Part shown: piece by piece, positions 17,581 to 27,159 of the stretch
Position numbering within the stretch: position 1 is the stretch's first letter
Layout of the letters: every line of letters starts with the position of its first letter
Origin: a virus
Lineage: Duplodnaviria; Heunggongvirae; Uroviricota; Caudoviricetes
Direction: 5' to 3' (one strand)
DNA length: 64,000 bases
IMG/VR virus record: IMGVR_UViG_3300025875_000002
Location: 1-64,000 of that record
Program-made: the position numbers and the translations under genes
Notes under the pieces: generated by a model
Seen by the model: only the letters and a program-made list of their open reading frames with translations
Database searches by the model: none
Told to the model about the DNA's origin: nothing

Positions 17581-18483
17581 TTGAGGCACAACATGTACTT
17601 TGGCATTGCAATTGTCCTGGGAATCATTTTCATCATTGGCCTTCTTGTTGCCATCTTCTCTAAGTCCGACCGTCGGGGCGATAACTACGGTCGGACCGGC
17701 GGTGCCGGTGCTGCTGTAGCTGCTCTCCTTGTGCTTGGTATCGTGACTGCGTTGTTTAGCGCCACCACGGTCGATGCGCGGTCGGTCGGAATTCAGACCA
17801 GCTTCGGTAAGTACGATGCTACTCTTGATAATGGTTTCCACTGGACGGCTCCGTGGTCTAATGTGGAGCAGTTTTCTACGCAGGTTCAGTATCTAGAGCT
17901 TAAGGGCGACGGCGCTGTGCCGGTTTCGTTCCTGGGCGGTTCCTCTGGTACGGCTTCGGTTGTTGTTCGGTGGAGCATTGACTCTAAGGGTGCTGAGGAC
18001 CTTTGGAAGAAGTACAAGACTTTCGACAATGTTCGAGACCAGCTTGTTCGTTCTGAGGCTCAGAATGCCTTTAGGACTACCTTCTCTAACTACACCCCGG
18101 TTGACGCCATTGATGGTAACAACCTGAACAAGATCACCGCTGACGTGCAGAAGCTCCTTGCGGAGACTCTTGGCAAGAATGGTGTCGCTGTTGACTCCGT
18201 TTCTGTCACCAACGTTGGCCTTGGTGATCGTGCACAGACTAGCCTTGACCGTATCGTTGCTGCTAACGCTGATGTTGAGCGTGCAACTGCGGAGCAGGAG
18301 AAGGCTAAGATTGAGGCTGAGACTGCTCGCATTCGTGCTGAGTCTCAGACCCCTGAGTCTTTGCAGCGCTACTGCCTGGAGGTTATGAACAGTTGGAACG
18401 TTAACAACAACGGTCCTCTGCCTGCTACCTTCAACTGCCTTAGCGGTGACAGCAATGTCCAGACCGTTGTTCCAGTTGGCTAA
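17581..18483 (+). CDS. membrane-anchored SPFH/band-7 (HflK/C-like) domain protein
   Basis: N-terminal TM helix; VGIQTSFGKYDATLDNGFHWTAPWSNV...STQ resembles SPFH core; C-terminal coiled coil. Confidence 0.55.
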   Translation: MRHNMYFGIAIVLGIIFIIGLLVAIFSKSDRRGDNYGRTGGAGAAVAALLVLGIVTALFSATTVDARSVGIQTSFGKYDATLDNGFHWTAPWSNVEQFSTQVQYLELKGDGAVPVSFLGGSSGTASVVVRWSIDSKGAEDLWKKYKTFDNVRDQLVRSEAQNAFRTTFSNYTPVDAIDGNNLNKITADVQKLLAETLGKNGVAVDSVSVTNVGLGDRAQTSLDRIVAANADVERATAEQEKAKIEAETARIRAESQTPESLQRYCLEVMNSWNVNNNGPLPATFNCLSGDSNVQTVVPVG

Positions 18484-18676
18484 TGCCTTGGTGGGTTAAG
18501 GGTCCAGAGGATGAAGAAGATTCTCTAGGCACTTTTTATGAGGACTATGAAATGTCTTCGGCCTTGTCGCACTTCTTTAAGCTAGCGCAAGAGGAAGAGA
18601 CAGCAGACTTGCACTGGTCATTCTGATCTGTTATACTAAGTAGACGCCTGAGCATGCGTGGAAACTGCTCGTTAAT

Positions 18677-18752
18677 GCGTCAATATACCCTAACGCTACG
18701 AACGTTTTGAAAGGTTAATGGACACATGCAGGTTCGAATCCTGTTTGACGCA
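18677..18752 (+). tRNA. tRNA-like (perfect acceptor GCGTCAA/TTGACGC, T arm GCAGG-TTCGAAT-CCTGT; internal arms degenerate; possible ACG loop)
   Basis: 76 nt; acceptor and T arm canonical, D/anticodon arms cannot be folded canonically. Confidence 0.3.
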
Positions 18753-19091
18753 CTTGCATTAAAAGCAGAATAAGGCTATTATGCAGTTATGAATACATAT
18801 ATGGTTTCCGTAATGCTACAGGTACAAGTAGAGGCATTTAGTGATTCAGATGCCACGGAAGTAATTACTGATTGCTTTGGCGAAGGAGACTTCTGCGGAG
18901 TAGACGTACAAAGTGTTGAGGTTCTAGACTTTGAAGAATTGAGTTAAAATGGAGCACGTAATTTGGTGTAATTCTTGTCAATCAGAACCGGCAGTAGTTA
19001 CTATCGAAGTTGAATTTGATGGTGAGTGGGCTCCGCTTGATATAGGTGAGCAGTGCTTGACGAGACTGCAAGAGGATGGTAAGATGAACTA

Positions 19092-19487
19092 ATGGAAAGT
19101 AATCGTAAGGGTGACCTGGCGCAAGCCAGGGTCGAACTAAAAGCCTTAGAAAAAGGATATATAGCTTCTAGACCAGCAGTAGTTGCACGCTATGATCTAG
19201 TTGTAGATGACAATGATAGGCTATGGCGGGTGCAGGTAAAATATGCAGATGCCAAGCCAAGTAATACTCAAACCGCAGTATATGCAAGTTTAAAATACAC
19301 AGATAGGGCAGGAAAAGGACACTCATACACCTCAAAAGAGGTTGATGCTTTTGCAATTTATGTACCAAAAGTTGATGAAGTTCTTTGGTTTACATCTGAG
19401 CAAGCTTGTGGTAAGCTTAAGCTGTCGATCAAGATAGGTGGCAAACGACAGAAAAATAGCAATTGGTATGAAGATTATATTTGGTAA
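19092..19487 (+). CDS. PD-(D/E)xK family nuclease (possible homing endonuclease)
   Basis: KGDLAQARVELKALEKGY...YDLVVDD...LWRVQVKY pattern typical of PD-(D/E)xK core. Confidence 0.4.
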   Translation: MESNRKGDLAQARVELKALEKGYIASRPAVVARYDLVVDDNDRLWRVQVKYADAKPSNTQTAVYASLKYTDRAGKGHSYTSKEVDAFAIYVPKVDEVLWFTSEQACGKLKLSIKIGGKRQKNSNWYEDYIW

Positions 19488-19493
19488 AACAAT

Positions 19494-19567
19494 GATTCAT
19501 TAGCTCAATTGGTCAGAGCACTCGCCTGTCACGCGAGAGGTTGCCGGTTCAAGTCCGGTATGGATCG
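19494..19567 (+). tRNA. tRNA-Asp(GUC)
   Basis: Acceptor GATTCAT/ATGGATC, D GCTC/GAGC, anticodon stem CTCGC/GCGAG loop CTGTCAC, T arm GCCGG-TTCAAGT-CCGGT. Confidence 0.6.
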
Positions 19568-19578
19568 CGCAGTATTAT

Positions 19579-19654
19579 CCTCCGTTAGCTTAGTCAGGTT
19601 AAAAGCGCTTGATTGTCAATCAAGAGAGCACGGGTTCAAATCCCGTACGGAGGA
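19579..19654 (+). tRNA. tRNA-Asp(GUC), second copy
   Basis: Acceptor CCTCCGT/ACGGAGG, D GCTT/AAGC, anticodon stem CTTGA/TCAAG loop TTGTCAA, T arm ACGGG-TTCAAAT-CCCGT. Confidence 0.55.
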
Positions 19655-19705
19655 CTTGGGCAGCCTGGGTGCTGTCCTGGCGAGAGGCAAGACTTGAATA
19701 GGTAT

Positions 19706-20008
19706 ATGACGGAGTTCGCCGGTGTTGTGACAAAGAAAGACAAACGGCGAACTTCCCGTAAGTTGATAATCCAACTTAAAACAGGACGATCTTGCATAGA
19801 CTGCAAGGAATTTTACCCGCATTACATGATGGACTTTGACCACGTGCGAGGCATCAAAATCGGAAACATTTACGATCTGGCAAAAACCGGAGATATAGCT
19901 AAGCTCTTAGCAGAAGTTGCTAAGTGCGATTTGGTGTGCTCAAACTGCCATAGACACCGTACGTTCATGAGAGCGGCGGGGGTTGACAGGAAGGCAAAGA
20001 GCAGCTAG
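19706..20008 (+). CDS. HNH endonuclease (start trimmed to ATG downstream of tRNAs)
   Basis: CIDCKEFYPHYMMDFDHVRG...AKCDLVCSNCH; paralog of 9875..10291. Confidence 0.65.
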   Translation: MTEFAGVVTKKDKRRTSRKLIIQLKTGRSCIDCKEFYPHYMMDFDHVRGIKIGNIYDLAKTGDIAKLLAEVAKCDLVCSNCHRHRTFMRAAGVDRKAKSS

Positions 20009-20040
20009 ACTGATGCCAACGACAATGAAGGAGGGCCTCA

Positions 20041-20244
20041 ATGATTGATGTTAGCCGTGGGGATAAGGTTCGTGGCAGCTTCGGGGTTGCGTATGTTACT
20101 GACGTAGGGTATGGTTTCATTACTGACCCTGCGACGGATGAGCAGGTCGGCCCGGTTGACAGGCTGGTCCGTATCCTACAGTACCGTGGTGACAAGCCGG
20201 TGTATAAGTACACGAACCGAAGTGAGATTGAGGAGATTTTGTGA
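20041..20244 (+). CDS. hypothetical protein
   Basis: ORF track; RBS GAAGGAGGG. Confidence 0.35.
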   Translation: MIDVSRGDKVRGSFGVAYVTDVGYGFITDPATDEQVGPVDRLVRILQYRGDKPVYKYTNRSEIEEIL

Positions 20245-20423
20245 ATGAAGTCAATGCCGTCAAGTTTGTTGATGAAGCTACTCGTAGGGCGGAAGATTTT
20301 GTTATGCAAGTCTTTGATAAGTCAGGCACGAAGCTCGACGAGCATGAAATGAGAGCATTAAAGACCGGCATTTTGGCCGGTGTCGCATCGACGCTAGAGA
20401 TGGTTGGTGAGCAAACACCATGA
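20241..20423 (+). CDS. hypothetical protein
   Basis: ORF track, overlapping GTGA. Confidence 0.3.
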   Translation: MNEVNAVKFVDEATRRAEDFVMQVFDKSGTKLDEHEMRALKTGILAGVASTLEMVGEQTP

Positions 20424-20647
20424 GCTTTCTTATTTTCATTACATTAGTCTATGCTGCTTATTTGCTTTATATGCTTAATGATAACCTTGTTAAGTTTGGT
20501 GAAAACTTTAACGACTGGGTAATTGATCAGCTAGAGTCAGAAGTTAATGAGCCTGAATATGTCATGACAGTCAATAGCGCTGTTGGTGAGACCGTCCAGG
20601 AAACTTTTGATCGTCACGCTCAAAATCGTATTACCCGCGAGGGTTGA
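20420..20647 (+). CDS. small membrane protein
   Basis: N-terminal hydrophobic helix FLIFITLVYAAYLLYML. Confidence 0.3.
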   Translation: MSFLIFITLVYAAYLLYMLNDNLVKFGENFNDWVIDQLESEVNEPEYVMTVNSAVGETVQETFDRHAQNRITREG

Positions 20648-20672
20648 CAAGCACAACACAACCTGCTAGAAT
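20644..20672 (+). promoter_or_regulatory. sigma70-like promoter (TTGACA N17 TAGAAT)
   Basis: ggTTGACAagcacaacacaacctgcTAGAATat. Confidence 0.4.
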
Positions 20673-20822
20673 ATAGAGACAAGAACTTCTCGCCAGGCGT
20701 CGGCGGGATATGGAAGAGAGAGTGTAAGAAGCTCGACACTACTCAGTGTCACAATAGGTTAAGATCACCACCGGCAGTATTGTTGCTAAGTCTGCGGAAC
20801 CTAAAACCTCTTCCCCTTTATG

Positions 20823-20894
20823 GGCGTATAGTAGCAATGGTAAAACTTGGGTCTCTTACACCTAAATTCTCGGTTCGAATCCGAGTGCGCCTAC
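20823..20894 (+). tRNA. tRNA-Lys(CUU)-like (weak D stem)
   Basis: Acceptor GGGCGTA/TGCGCCT, anticodon stem TGGGT/ACCTA loop CTCTTAC, T arm CTCGG-TTCGAAT-CCGAG. Confidence 0.4.
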
Positions 20895-21013
20895 GTGACT
20901 ACAATACAATGTCAGCTAAATGGCTGCTACAGAAGAGAACAAGAGTTGGGGACGTTTGCCTCGCTAAGCTTCATGTGGTTTTGCTCTCAGGAGCATTACG
21001 AAAAGGGTAAGGT

Positions 21014-21442
21014 ATGGGCAGAAGAACGTGGTCTTGCTTGGGACGAGAAAAAGGTATATGTGGGATAATGCCTCCTTCAAACATGAAAGAGTATATGCTT
21101 GCCCGCTACCACCGGCGTAGACAAGAATGGATTGACTCACAAGGGGCTAAATGCGCTAATTGTGGAGCAACGGAAGAATTAGAAATTGACCACATCAATC
21201 GTGAAGATAAGTCCTACAATATAGGACAGATTCTCACAAGCGGCAATGAAAATATGTTGCGGGCAGAGCTTGCCAAGTGTCAGGTTCTGTGCCATACTTG
21301 TCACAAGGATAAGTCAGCGCAAGAGGCCGCTGTAGAGCATGGTGGTGGTAAGGCTGGTAAAAAGAATTGCAAGTGTGATCCTTGCAGGCTAAAGAAAAAT
21401 GAATACTTGCGCGAATGGAAGCGAAAGAATCGTGCAAAATAA
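21014..21442 (+). CDS. HNH endonuclease (family with 32997..33350 and 46606..46962)
   Basis: KCANCGATEELEIDHINRE...AKCQVLCHTCHKDK; stop abuts tRNA-Lys 5 prime end. Confidence 0.7.
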   Translation: MGRRTWSCLGREKGICGIMPPSNMKEYMLARYHRRRQEWIDSQGAKCANCGATEELEIDHINREDKSYNIGQILTSGNENMLRAELAKCQVLCHTCHKDKSAQEAAVEHGGGKAGKKNCKCDPCRLKKNEYLREWKRKNRAK

Positions 21443-21515
21443 ACCGCTCTGGTGAAATGGCAATCACCCTGGACTTTTACTCCATGAGTTGTGGGTTCGA
21501 CCCCCACGGGCGGTA
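21443..21515 (+). tRNA. tRNA-Lys(UUU)
   Basis: Acceptor ACCGCTC/GGGCGGT, D GTGA/TCAC, anticodon loop CTTTTAC, T arm GTGGG-TTCGACC-CCCAC. Confidence 0.6.
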
Positions 21516-21516
21516 C

Positions 21517-22023
21517 ATGACTAAATATGATAATCTAGTGTTCGTAGACGTAGAAGCAACGGACCTAACGCCATTCAGCGGAGAAATGACAGAGTTTGGC
21601 GCAGTACACTACGGATCAAGAAAGACTTTCCACGGCGTCTTGTGGGATGCGATTCCTAATCCAGAGATTCCAGCAAAGCCAATGATTGTTGGAGAGGCTT
21701 ACCCTTTGGAGCCGGTCATGGCCGGGTTCAGAAGTTGGCTAAAGACAAATGTCAAAGGTAGACCAGTATTCGTAAGTGATAATCCAGCATATGACTTCAT
21801 GTGGATAGCTTATTACTTCGACAAGGCTCTGCGAGATAATCCTTTTGGTCACTCTGGCCGTAGGATTTCTGACTTTTGGGCCGGTCTCCAAGGAGATTGG
21901 TCACGCACACAGCAATGGAAAAAGTATCGTGTAACAGTACACGATCATAATCCCGTCAATGATTCAATGGGTAATGTTGAGGCTTTTGAAAAGATCATCA
22001 AGACCTACGAATCAATAGTCTGA
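21517..22023 (+). CDS. DEDDh-type 3 prime-5 prime exonuclease (DnaQ-like)
   Basis: Exo I-like LVFVDVEATDL motif at N-terminus; start placed at ATG right after tRNA. Confidence 0.5.
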   Translation: MTKYDNLVFVDVEATDLTPFSGEMTEFGAVHYGSRKTFHGVLWDAIPNPEIPAKPMIVGEAYPLEPVMAGFRSWLKTNVKGRPVFVSDNPAYDFMWIAYYFDKALRDNPFGHSGRRISDFWAGLQGDWSRTQQWKKYRVTVHDHNPVNDSMGNVEAFEKIIKTYESIV

Positions 22024-22172
22024 AAGGTTACTAATGGCAAACAGTGAGATGGTCACGATCCCTATGACTGAGTATCTTTCGCTTAAGGAAGATTCACTTT
22101 GGCGAAGCTGTGTTGAAGATGCAGGGGTTGACAACTGGGAAGGGTTCAGCTATGCTATGAGAGACTTCTACA

Positions 22173-22358
22173 GTGAGGATGACGATGACTGATCTTAAGA
22201 CTCCCGAAGAATGGCAGGTTATCAAGGGATTCCGGGTTTATGATCCTGATGGTTGGCGCAGGGCTGGTGATCCCGCTTGGGACGAGCCAATTACTGAGGC
22301 TGACTTCGATCTTCGTGCAGGACAGAGTACGATTGGTCCGCTTAATTTAGGTTCCTAG
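22173..22358 (+). CDS. hypothetical protein
   Basis: ORF track. Confidence 0.25.
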   Translation: MRMTMTDLKTPEEWQVIKGFRVYDPDGWRRAGDPAWDEPITEADFDLRAGQSTIGPLNLGS

Positions 22359-22382
22359 TTACCTTAATAACTAGGTGGTGGA

Positions 22383-22400
22383 GGACGAGATTTCTCGTCC
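22383..22400 (+). terminator. hairpin terminator candidate
   Basis: GGACGAGAtttCTCGTCC. Confidence 0.35.
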
Positions 22401-22707
22401 CTAGACTGGCCCGGTCTTAACAATGGGCACTTAAACTAAGGAGACAACATGATAATGTTCGTATGGTGGGTGATGGAAAAGCTCGACCAGGCTTATCATG
22501 CTGGGTTTATTCCAGAGCCTCTTGGCAAGAAGATTTGCAACGCTCTTGACAACTACTACACATCGGAGTAATATATGATGATAGTGTGGAACGATGGTGA
22601 TGAATGCATCATCGTTATGGACAAGGGCAAGAAGGGTGAAATTTTTGGAGTCCTTGATTTAGACATCATAGATGTTATTGAACTTTACAACAAGCTTAAC
22701 AAGATTC

Positions 22708-22736
22708 TTGACAAGCGCGGGTTGATAGAGTAGAAT
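22708..22736 (+). promoter_or_regulatory. sigma70-like promoter (TTGACA N17 TAGAAT) driving ORF-free RNA locus
   Basis: cTTGACAagcgcgggttgatagagTAGAATgt. Confidence 0.4.
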
Positions 22737-22744
22737 GTAAGACA

Positions 22745-23260
22745 GAGCAGAAATGCTCTCATGAGTGTGCGCCGAAGCGGGAGAGTCGGGGGTGGCTGTA
22801 ACCCATTTGCAATTGCTGAGTGGGTTCGAATCCTATCACACTTACGTAAGGTTCCGATATTCGAATAGGAGCCTAGGCAGAGATAAGCCCTTGTGTAAGC
22901 GGGGTCGGCACCCGTCACCGGCAGTCGTCGGTGGTTTCTGGCAACAGCACAAGCAAACTGTTAGTGAAGTTAGGCCGATGAAACTGCTAACCCATTTTAG
23001 CCCGCTAGTCCAACGGTGATATTGGACGACCAGTGTCTGATGCCCCAACGGTTCGGGGCGGCGGTTGTAACCCGTTGTATTCATCAACTCAGTTCGATTC
23101 TGAGCAGGCGCACTACCCCCGGTCCCAAGGGGAATGACTAAGTATCGGGCACGTATTCTCGTGGGCTAACTGTTGGTAGTTAGAATGGTCCGTTAAACCA
23201 TTACTCCGTAGGTTCGATCCCAGCTGTGAGAGCATTACTTAGAGTGACATTTCTATCCTT
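22745..23260 (+). ncRNA. ORF-free, promoter-driven structured RNA locus with tRNA-like modules (function unknown)
   Basis: ~500 nt without credible ORF; T-arm-like motifs GGGTTCGAATCC, CAGTTCGATTCTGAG, AGGTTCGATCC; repeated TGTAACCC; multiple hairpins; 82-nt tRNA-like element 22762..22843 with pairing termini GAGTGTG/CACACTT. Confidence 0.35.
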
Positions 23261-23269
23261 AGAGTGAGC

Positions 23270-23298
23270 TTGACACCTAATAGATTCAGTCTATAATC
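23270..23298 (+). promoter_or_regulatory. sigma70-like promoter (TTGACA N17 TATAAT)
   Basis: cTTGACAcctaatagattcagtcTATAATcaagg. Confidence 0.45.
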
Positions 23299-23331
23299 AA
23301 GGTGTAAGAAAATTTTAAGGAGGTCATAAAT

Positions 23332-23883
23332 ATGGCTGATTTTATCAATGTCCTGTTTGCATATAATGTGCAAATGTTGGACATTTTAAAGGGGGTGAGA
23401 AGAGAAATGTCAAGTTTAAATGAGCAGGTAACAGCATTGCGTGAGGCAGTTGCAGCACTTGCAGACAGAGTTGTTGACCAGCCTGCCGCCGTGACAGAGG
23501 CACTTGCAACCGCAAGAGCTGAGCTAGAGGTTGAGCGTGCACAGTACGCCAACCTTGTAGCAGCAGAAGATGCTGAGGACATTACACAGAATGCAGCACT
23601 TGATGCCGCACTTGACGAGGCAGACGCAGCAGCCGCAGAAATTCAGGCAGCAGTTGACGAGCTAAATGCAGTTGCAGTTCCATCCGAGGAGGATGCACCA
23701 GCAGCAGACGAGCCAGTTGCGGGAGATGATGCACCCGTTGCAGACGTCCCAGATGAGGATGCACCAACACCAGTTACTGACATTCCAGATGCAGATGCAC
23801 CAGCACCTGTAGTTGAGGAAGAGCCAGCACCTGAGGAAGATGCACCAGCAGCAGAAGATGAGGACCCGCTACACACAGTTTGA
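23332..23883 (+). CDS. acidic Ala/Asp/Glu/Pro-rich coiled-coil protein
   Basis: ORF track; strong RBS AAGGAGG; low-complexity acidic C-terminus. Confidence 0.4.
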   Translation: MADFINVLFAYNVQMLDILKGVRREMSSLNEQVTALREAVAALADRVVDQPAAVTEALATARAELEVERAQYANLVAAEDAEDITQNAALDAALDEADAAAAEIQAAVDELNAVAVPSEEDAPAADEPVAGDDAPVADVPDEDAPTPVTDIPDADAPAPVVEEEPAPEEDAPAAEDEDPLHTV

Positions 23884-23895
23884 TTTAAACCCATT

Positions 23896-23917
23896 GGGAC
23901 CGGTTTCGGCCGGTCCC
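23896..23917 (+). terminator. hairpin terminator candidate
   Basis: GGGACCGGtttcggCCGGTCCC. Confidence 0.4.
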
Positions 23918-23941
23918 TTTGGCATCTAAAGGAGGTGTAAT

Positions 23942-24253
23942 ATGTCAGTAAATGTAACAGAGCAAAGTTTTAACAGTGCGGTCGCGGACGGCTTAGTTCT
24001 AGTAGATTTCTGGGCCGCGTGGTGTGGTCCCTGCAAGATGCTTAGCCCAACACTTGATAGGATAGAAGATGAGCTAGACGGCCGGTTGACAGTGGCGAAG
24101 GTCAATGTTGATGAAGAGTCAGGACTAGCAAGAGACTATCGTGTGATGAGTATACCGACTATGGTCCTATTCAAGGACGGCGAGCCAGTAAAGACCATCG
24201 TGGGAATTAAGCCACAGAAGCAACTTATGGATGAGTTGTCTGATTTCCTGTAA
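23942..24253 (+). CDS. trxA: thioredoxin
   Basis: WAAWCGPCKM active site; 103 aa; RBS AAGGAGG. Confidence 0.85.
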   Translation: MSVNVTEQSFNSAVADGLVLVDFWAAWCGPCKMLSPTLDRIEDELDGRLTVAKVNVDEESGLARDYRVMSIPTMVLFKDGEPVKTIVGIKPQKQLMDELSDFL

Positions 24254-24416
24254 TTGATTAATTACAGACGGTGACCTTGACAAATTATAACATTATGTCA
24301 TAATTAAGGTAACATAAGAACTTGTAGTGCATGGAAGCACAATTCATCACGGACGATGAGCAAGGGGGAAGCTTTGCAGGCAATACAGGTCCTTAACTTC
24401 GAAAGGACTGATTTAA

Positions 24417-25469
<1,053 letters not shown>

Positions 25470-25521
25470 CAGACCGGGGCCGGTCGTGTAAGCTAGTCTC
25501 AACGAACAGAGAGGCAAGGAT

Positions 25522-25989
25522 ATGAAGCTAAGAGTTAGTGTAGATACAAGGACTTGGGTAACCGATCCTGGTGATCCTGACGATAAGTGGGACAGGGATA
25601 ACACAGCACAGTCTATTGAAGGTGTTAGTGTTTATGCTAATGATGAGGACGACAGAGGTTATTATTCCTGGGGTTATCCTACGCCAGAGCTAGATGTTAA
25701 TATTGGTGACACGGTTTACGTAGTCATCATTCGGTATTCTGATGGTGATACTTTCGGAAACGATGAAGGTCAGCATGCAGTTGCTGATGTATTCAAGGAC
25801 GAGATTGATGCTCTTGAATTGCAGAACTGGTATGAGGGATGGACAACCACAGAACACATGCGTTATGGTGGCGGTAAGGTTGTTCCCTTTCAGGAGAGTT
25901 TTAAGGGCAAGGAATATCGTATTCCTTGGGCCGGTTACTTTGAACGGTATGAATCCGTAAACATTTATGAATGTAAGGTCAGGGGGTGA
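25522..25989 (+). CDS. hypothetical protein
   Basis: ORF track. Confidence 0.35.
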   Translation: MKLRVSVDTRTWVTDPGDPDDKWDRDNTAQSIEGVSVYANDEDDRGYYSWGYPTPELDVNIGDTVYVVIIRYSDGDTFGNDEGQHAVADVFKDEIDALELQNWYEGWTTTEHMRYGGGKVVPFQESFKGKEYRIPWAGYFERYESVNIYECKVRG

Positions 25990-26227
25990 TTACATGGACG
26001 GTGGAGGTATTGCAGTCCCGTTGACGATTGTATTCATTCTCTTGAAGGTTTTTGGTGTGATCACTTGGTCTTGGTGGTGGGTCTTTAGCCCCATTCTGAT
26101 CAGCCTTGCGCTTGGTGTGCTTGGTGTGGTACTGTTCTTCGTCGTGGCTGCGGTCATGGTGCTGGTGTTCCACAAGAGCGCACCGAAGTTTAAGGTGCCT
26201 GGCCCTGCGGGTCGCTTGACTCGCTGA
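25967..26227 (+). CDS. small 2-TM membrane protein (holin candidate)
   Basis: Two hydrophobic helices; located downstream of lysin. Confidence 0.3.
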   Translation: MNVRSGGDYMDGGGIAVPLTIVFILLKVFGVITWSWWWVFSPILISLALGVLGVVLFFVVAAVMVLVFHKSAPKFKVPGPAGRLTR

Positions 26228-26256
26228 GAAAGATGTGATAGACTAGTAAGACAAGA

Positions 26257-26324
26257 GGGGCTGCCAAGATGGGAGTCCTTGCGGACTGCAAGAGGGAGGA
26301 CGCTCCCCGGTCAGTCCAGCCCCT
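26257..26324 (+). other. tRNA-like structured element (acceptor-type stem GGGGCTG/CAGCCCC, no T loop)
   Basis: Perfect 7-bp terminal helix, D-like hairpin CAAG/CTTG, nested hairpin GGGAG/CTCCC; immediately upstream of tRNA-Arg. Confidence 0.3.
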
Positions 26325-26329
26325 CAATT

Positions 26330-26401
26330 GGCTCTGTAGCGTAGGGGAAACGCGACGGTCTTCTAAACCGTTAAACGTTGGTTCGAATCCAACCAGGGTC
26401 A
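26330..26401 (+). tRNA. tRNA-Arg(UCU)
   Basis: Acceptor GGCTCTG/CAGGGTC, D GCGT/ACGC, anticodon stem ACGGT/ACCGT loop CTTCTAA, T arm GTTGG-TTCGAAT-CCAAC. Confidence 0.6.
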
Positions 26402-26470
26402 CTCAAACAGAAGGGTTCCGGGTGGCCAGGTAACTATCCGACACAGGGTTGTGACCCACCATCAAACAAT

Positions 26471-26546
26471 GCCTTTGTAGCTCAGTCTGGTCTAGAGCAA
26501 CCGCCTCTTAAGCGGTGGGTCGTAGGTTCAAATCCTACCGGGGGCA
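26471..26546 (+). tRNA. tRNA-Lys(CUU)
   Basis: Acceptor GCCTTTG/CGGGGGC, D GCTC/GAGC, anticodon stem ACCGC/GCGGT loop CTCTTAA, T arm GTAGG-TTCAAAT-CCTAC. Confidence 0.6.
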
Positions 26547-26650
26547 CAACAATCGTTGCTAGACGATGCAGGGTATGAGATTAAGGTTGGCTAAAATCAT
26601 ACCAGTTCGACAAGGCCGAGCCAAACGCACCTGTCGGAATCTAGCGCAAT

Positions 26651-26723
26651 GCCGCAATAGTTCAGTGGATAGAGCAGGACTTTCCTAAAGTCAAGGTCGG
26701 GGGTTCGAATCCCTCTTGTGGCA
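26651..26723 (+). tRNA. tRNA-Arg(CCU), CCA encoded
   Basis: Acceptor GCCGCAA/TTGTGGC, D GTTC/GAGC-type, anticodon loop TTCCTAA, T arm GGGGG-TTCGAAT-CCCTC, followed by CCA. Confidence 0.6.
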
Positions 26724-26816
26724 CCAACCTGAGGAAAGCTCAGGAGAGCCCGGTTCCGAGGCCGAATATCGGAACAACACTTGACATTGTAATGTTTATC
26801 ATGTATAGTACATGAT

Positions 26817-27158
26817 ATGCCGAATGTTAGAGGAACAAAGCACCGCGTCAAAGCAAAGGGTGAAGCTAACAAGTCTCGTAAGGAGCTGGCTGTATGGTCA
26901 GATTATAGACTAACTTTGGCTGAATATGAAGCTTTGCTCGCAAATGGTTGTTCGATTTGTGGTTCGATGGAAAATCTTTGTGTGGACCATGATCATAAAT
27001 GTTGTCCAAGGGTTAACCCAGCGACAGGAAAGAGAACGAACAGGACTTGCGGACAGTGCATCCGTGGTGTACTATGTAGGAGACACAACTTGGCGGAAGG
27101 ACACCTTAACGGTGATCTTGCTGAGGTACAAGCTTTGTTAGATTATCTAACAAGATAA
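26817..27158 (+). CDS. HNH endonuclease, Endonuclease VII-like
   Basis: DHDHKCCP...CGQCIRGVLCRRHN signature. Confidence 0.8.
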   Translation: MPNVRGTKHRVKAKGEANKSRKELAVWSDYRLTLAEYEALLANGCSICGSMENLCVDHDHKCCPRVNPATGKRTNRTCGQCIRGVLCRRHNLAEGHLNGDLAEVQALLDYLTR

Positions 27159-27159
27159 A

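Noticed and set aside
22745-23260. tmRNA at this locus
   Set aside because: A much better tmRNA candidate, with both conserved termini and a tag frame, is at 29766-30073. This locus lacks a GGGGCUG-type 5 prime end and a tag reading frame.
23332-23883. Repetitive GATGCACC(A/C)GC units in the 3 prime half of this ORF as a possible CRISPR or tandem-repeat array
   Set aside because: Repeats are short, imperfect, in-frame and encode an acidic Ala/Asp/Pro-rich tail. No spacer-repeat architecture, so not CRISPR.
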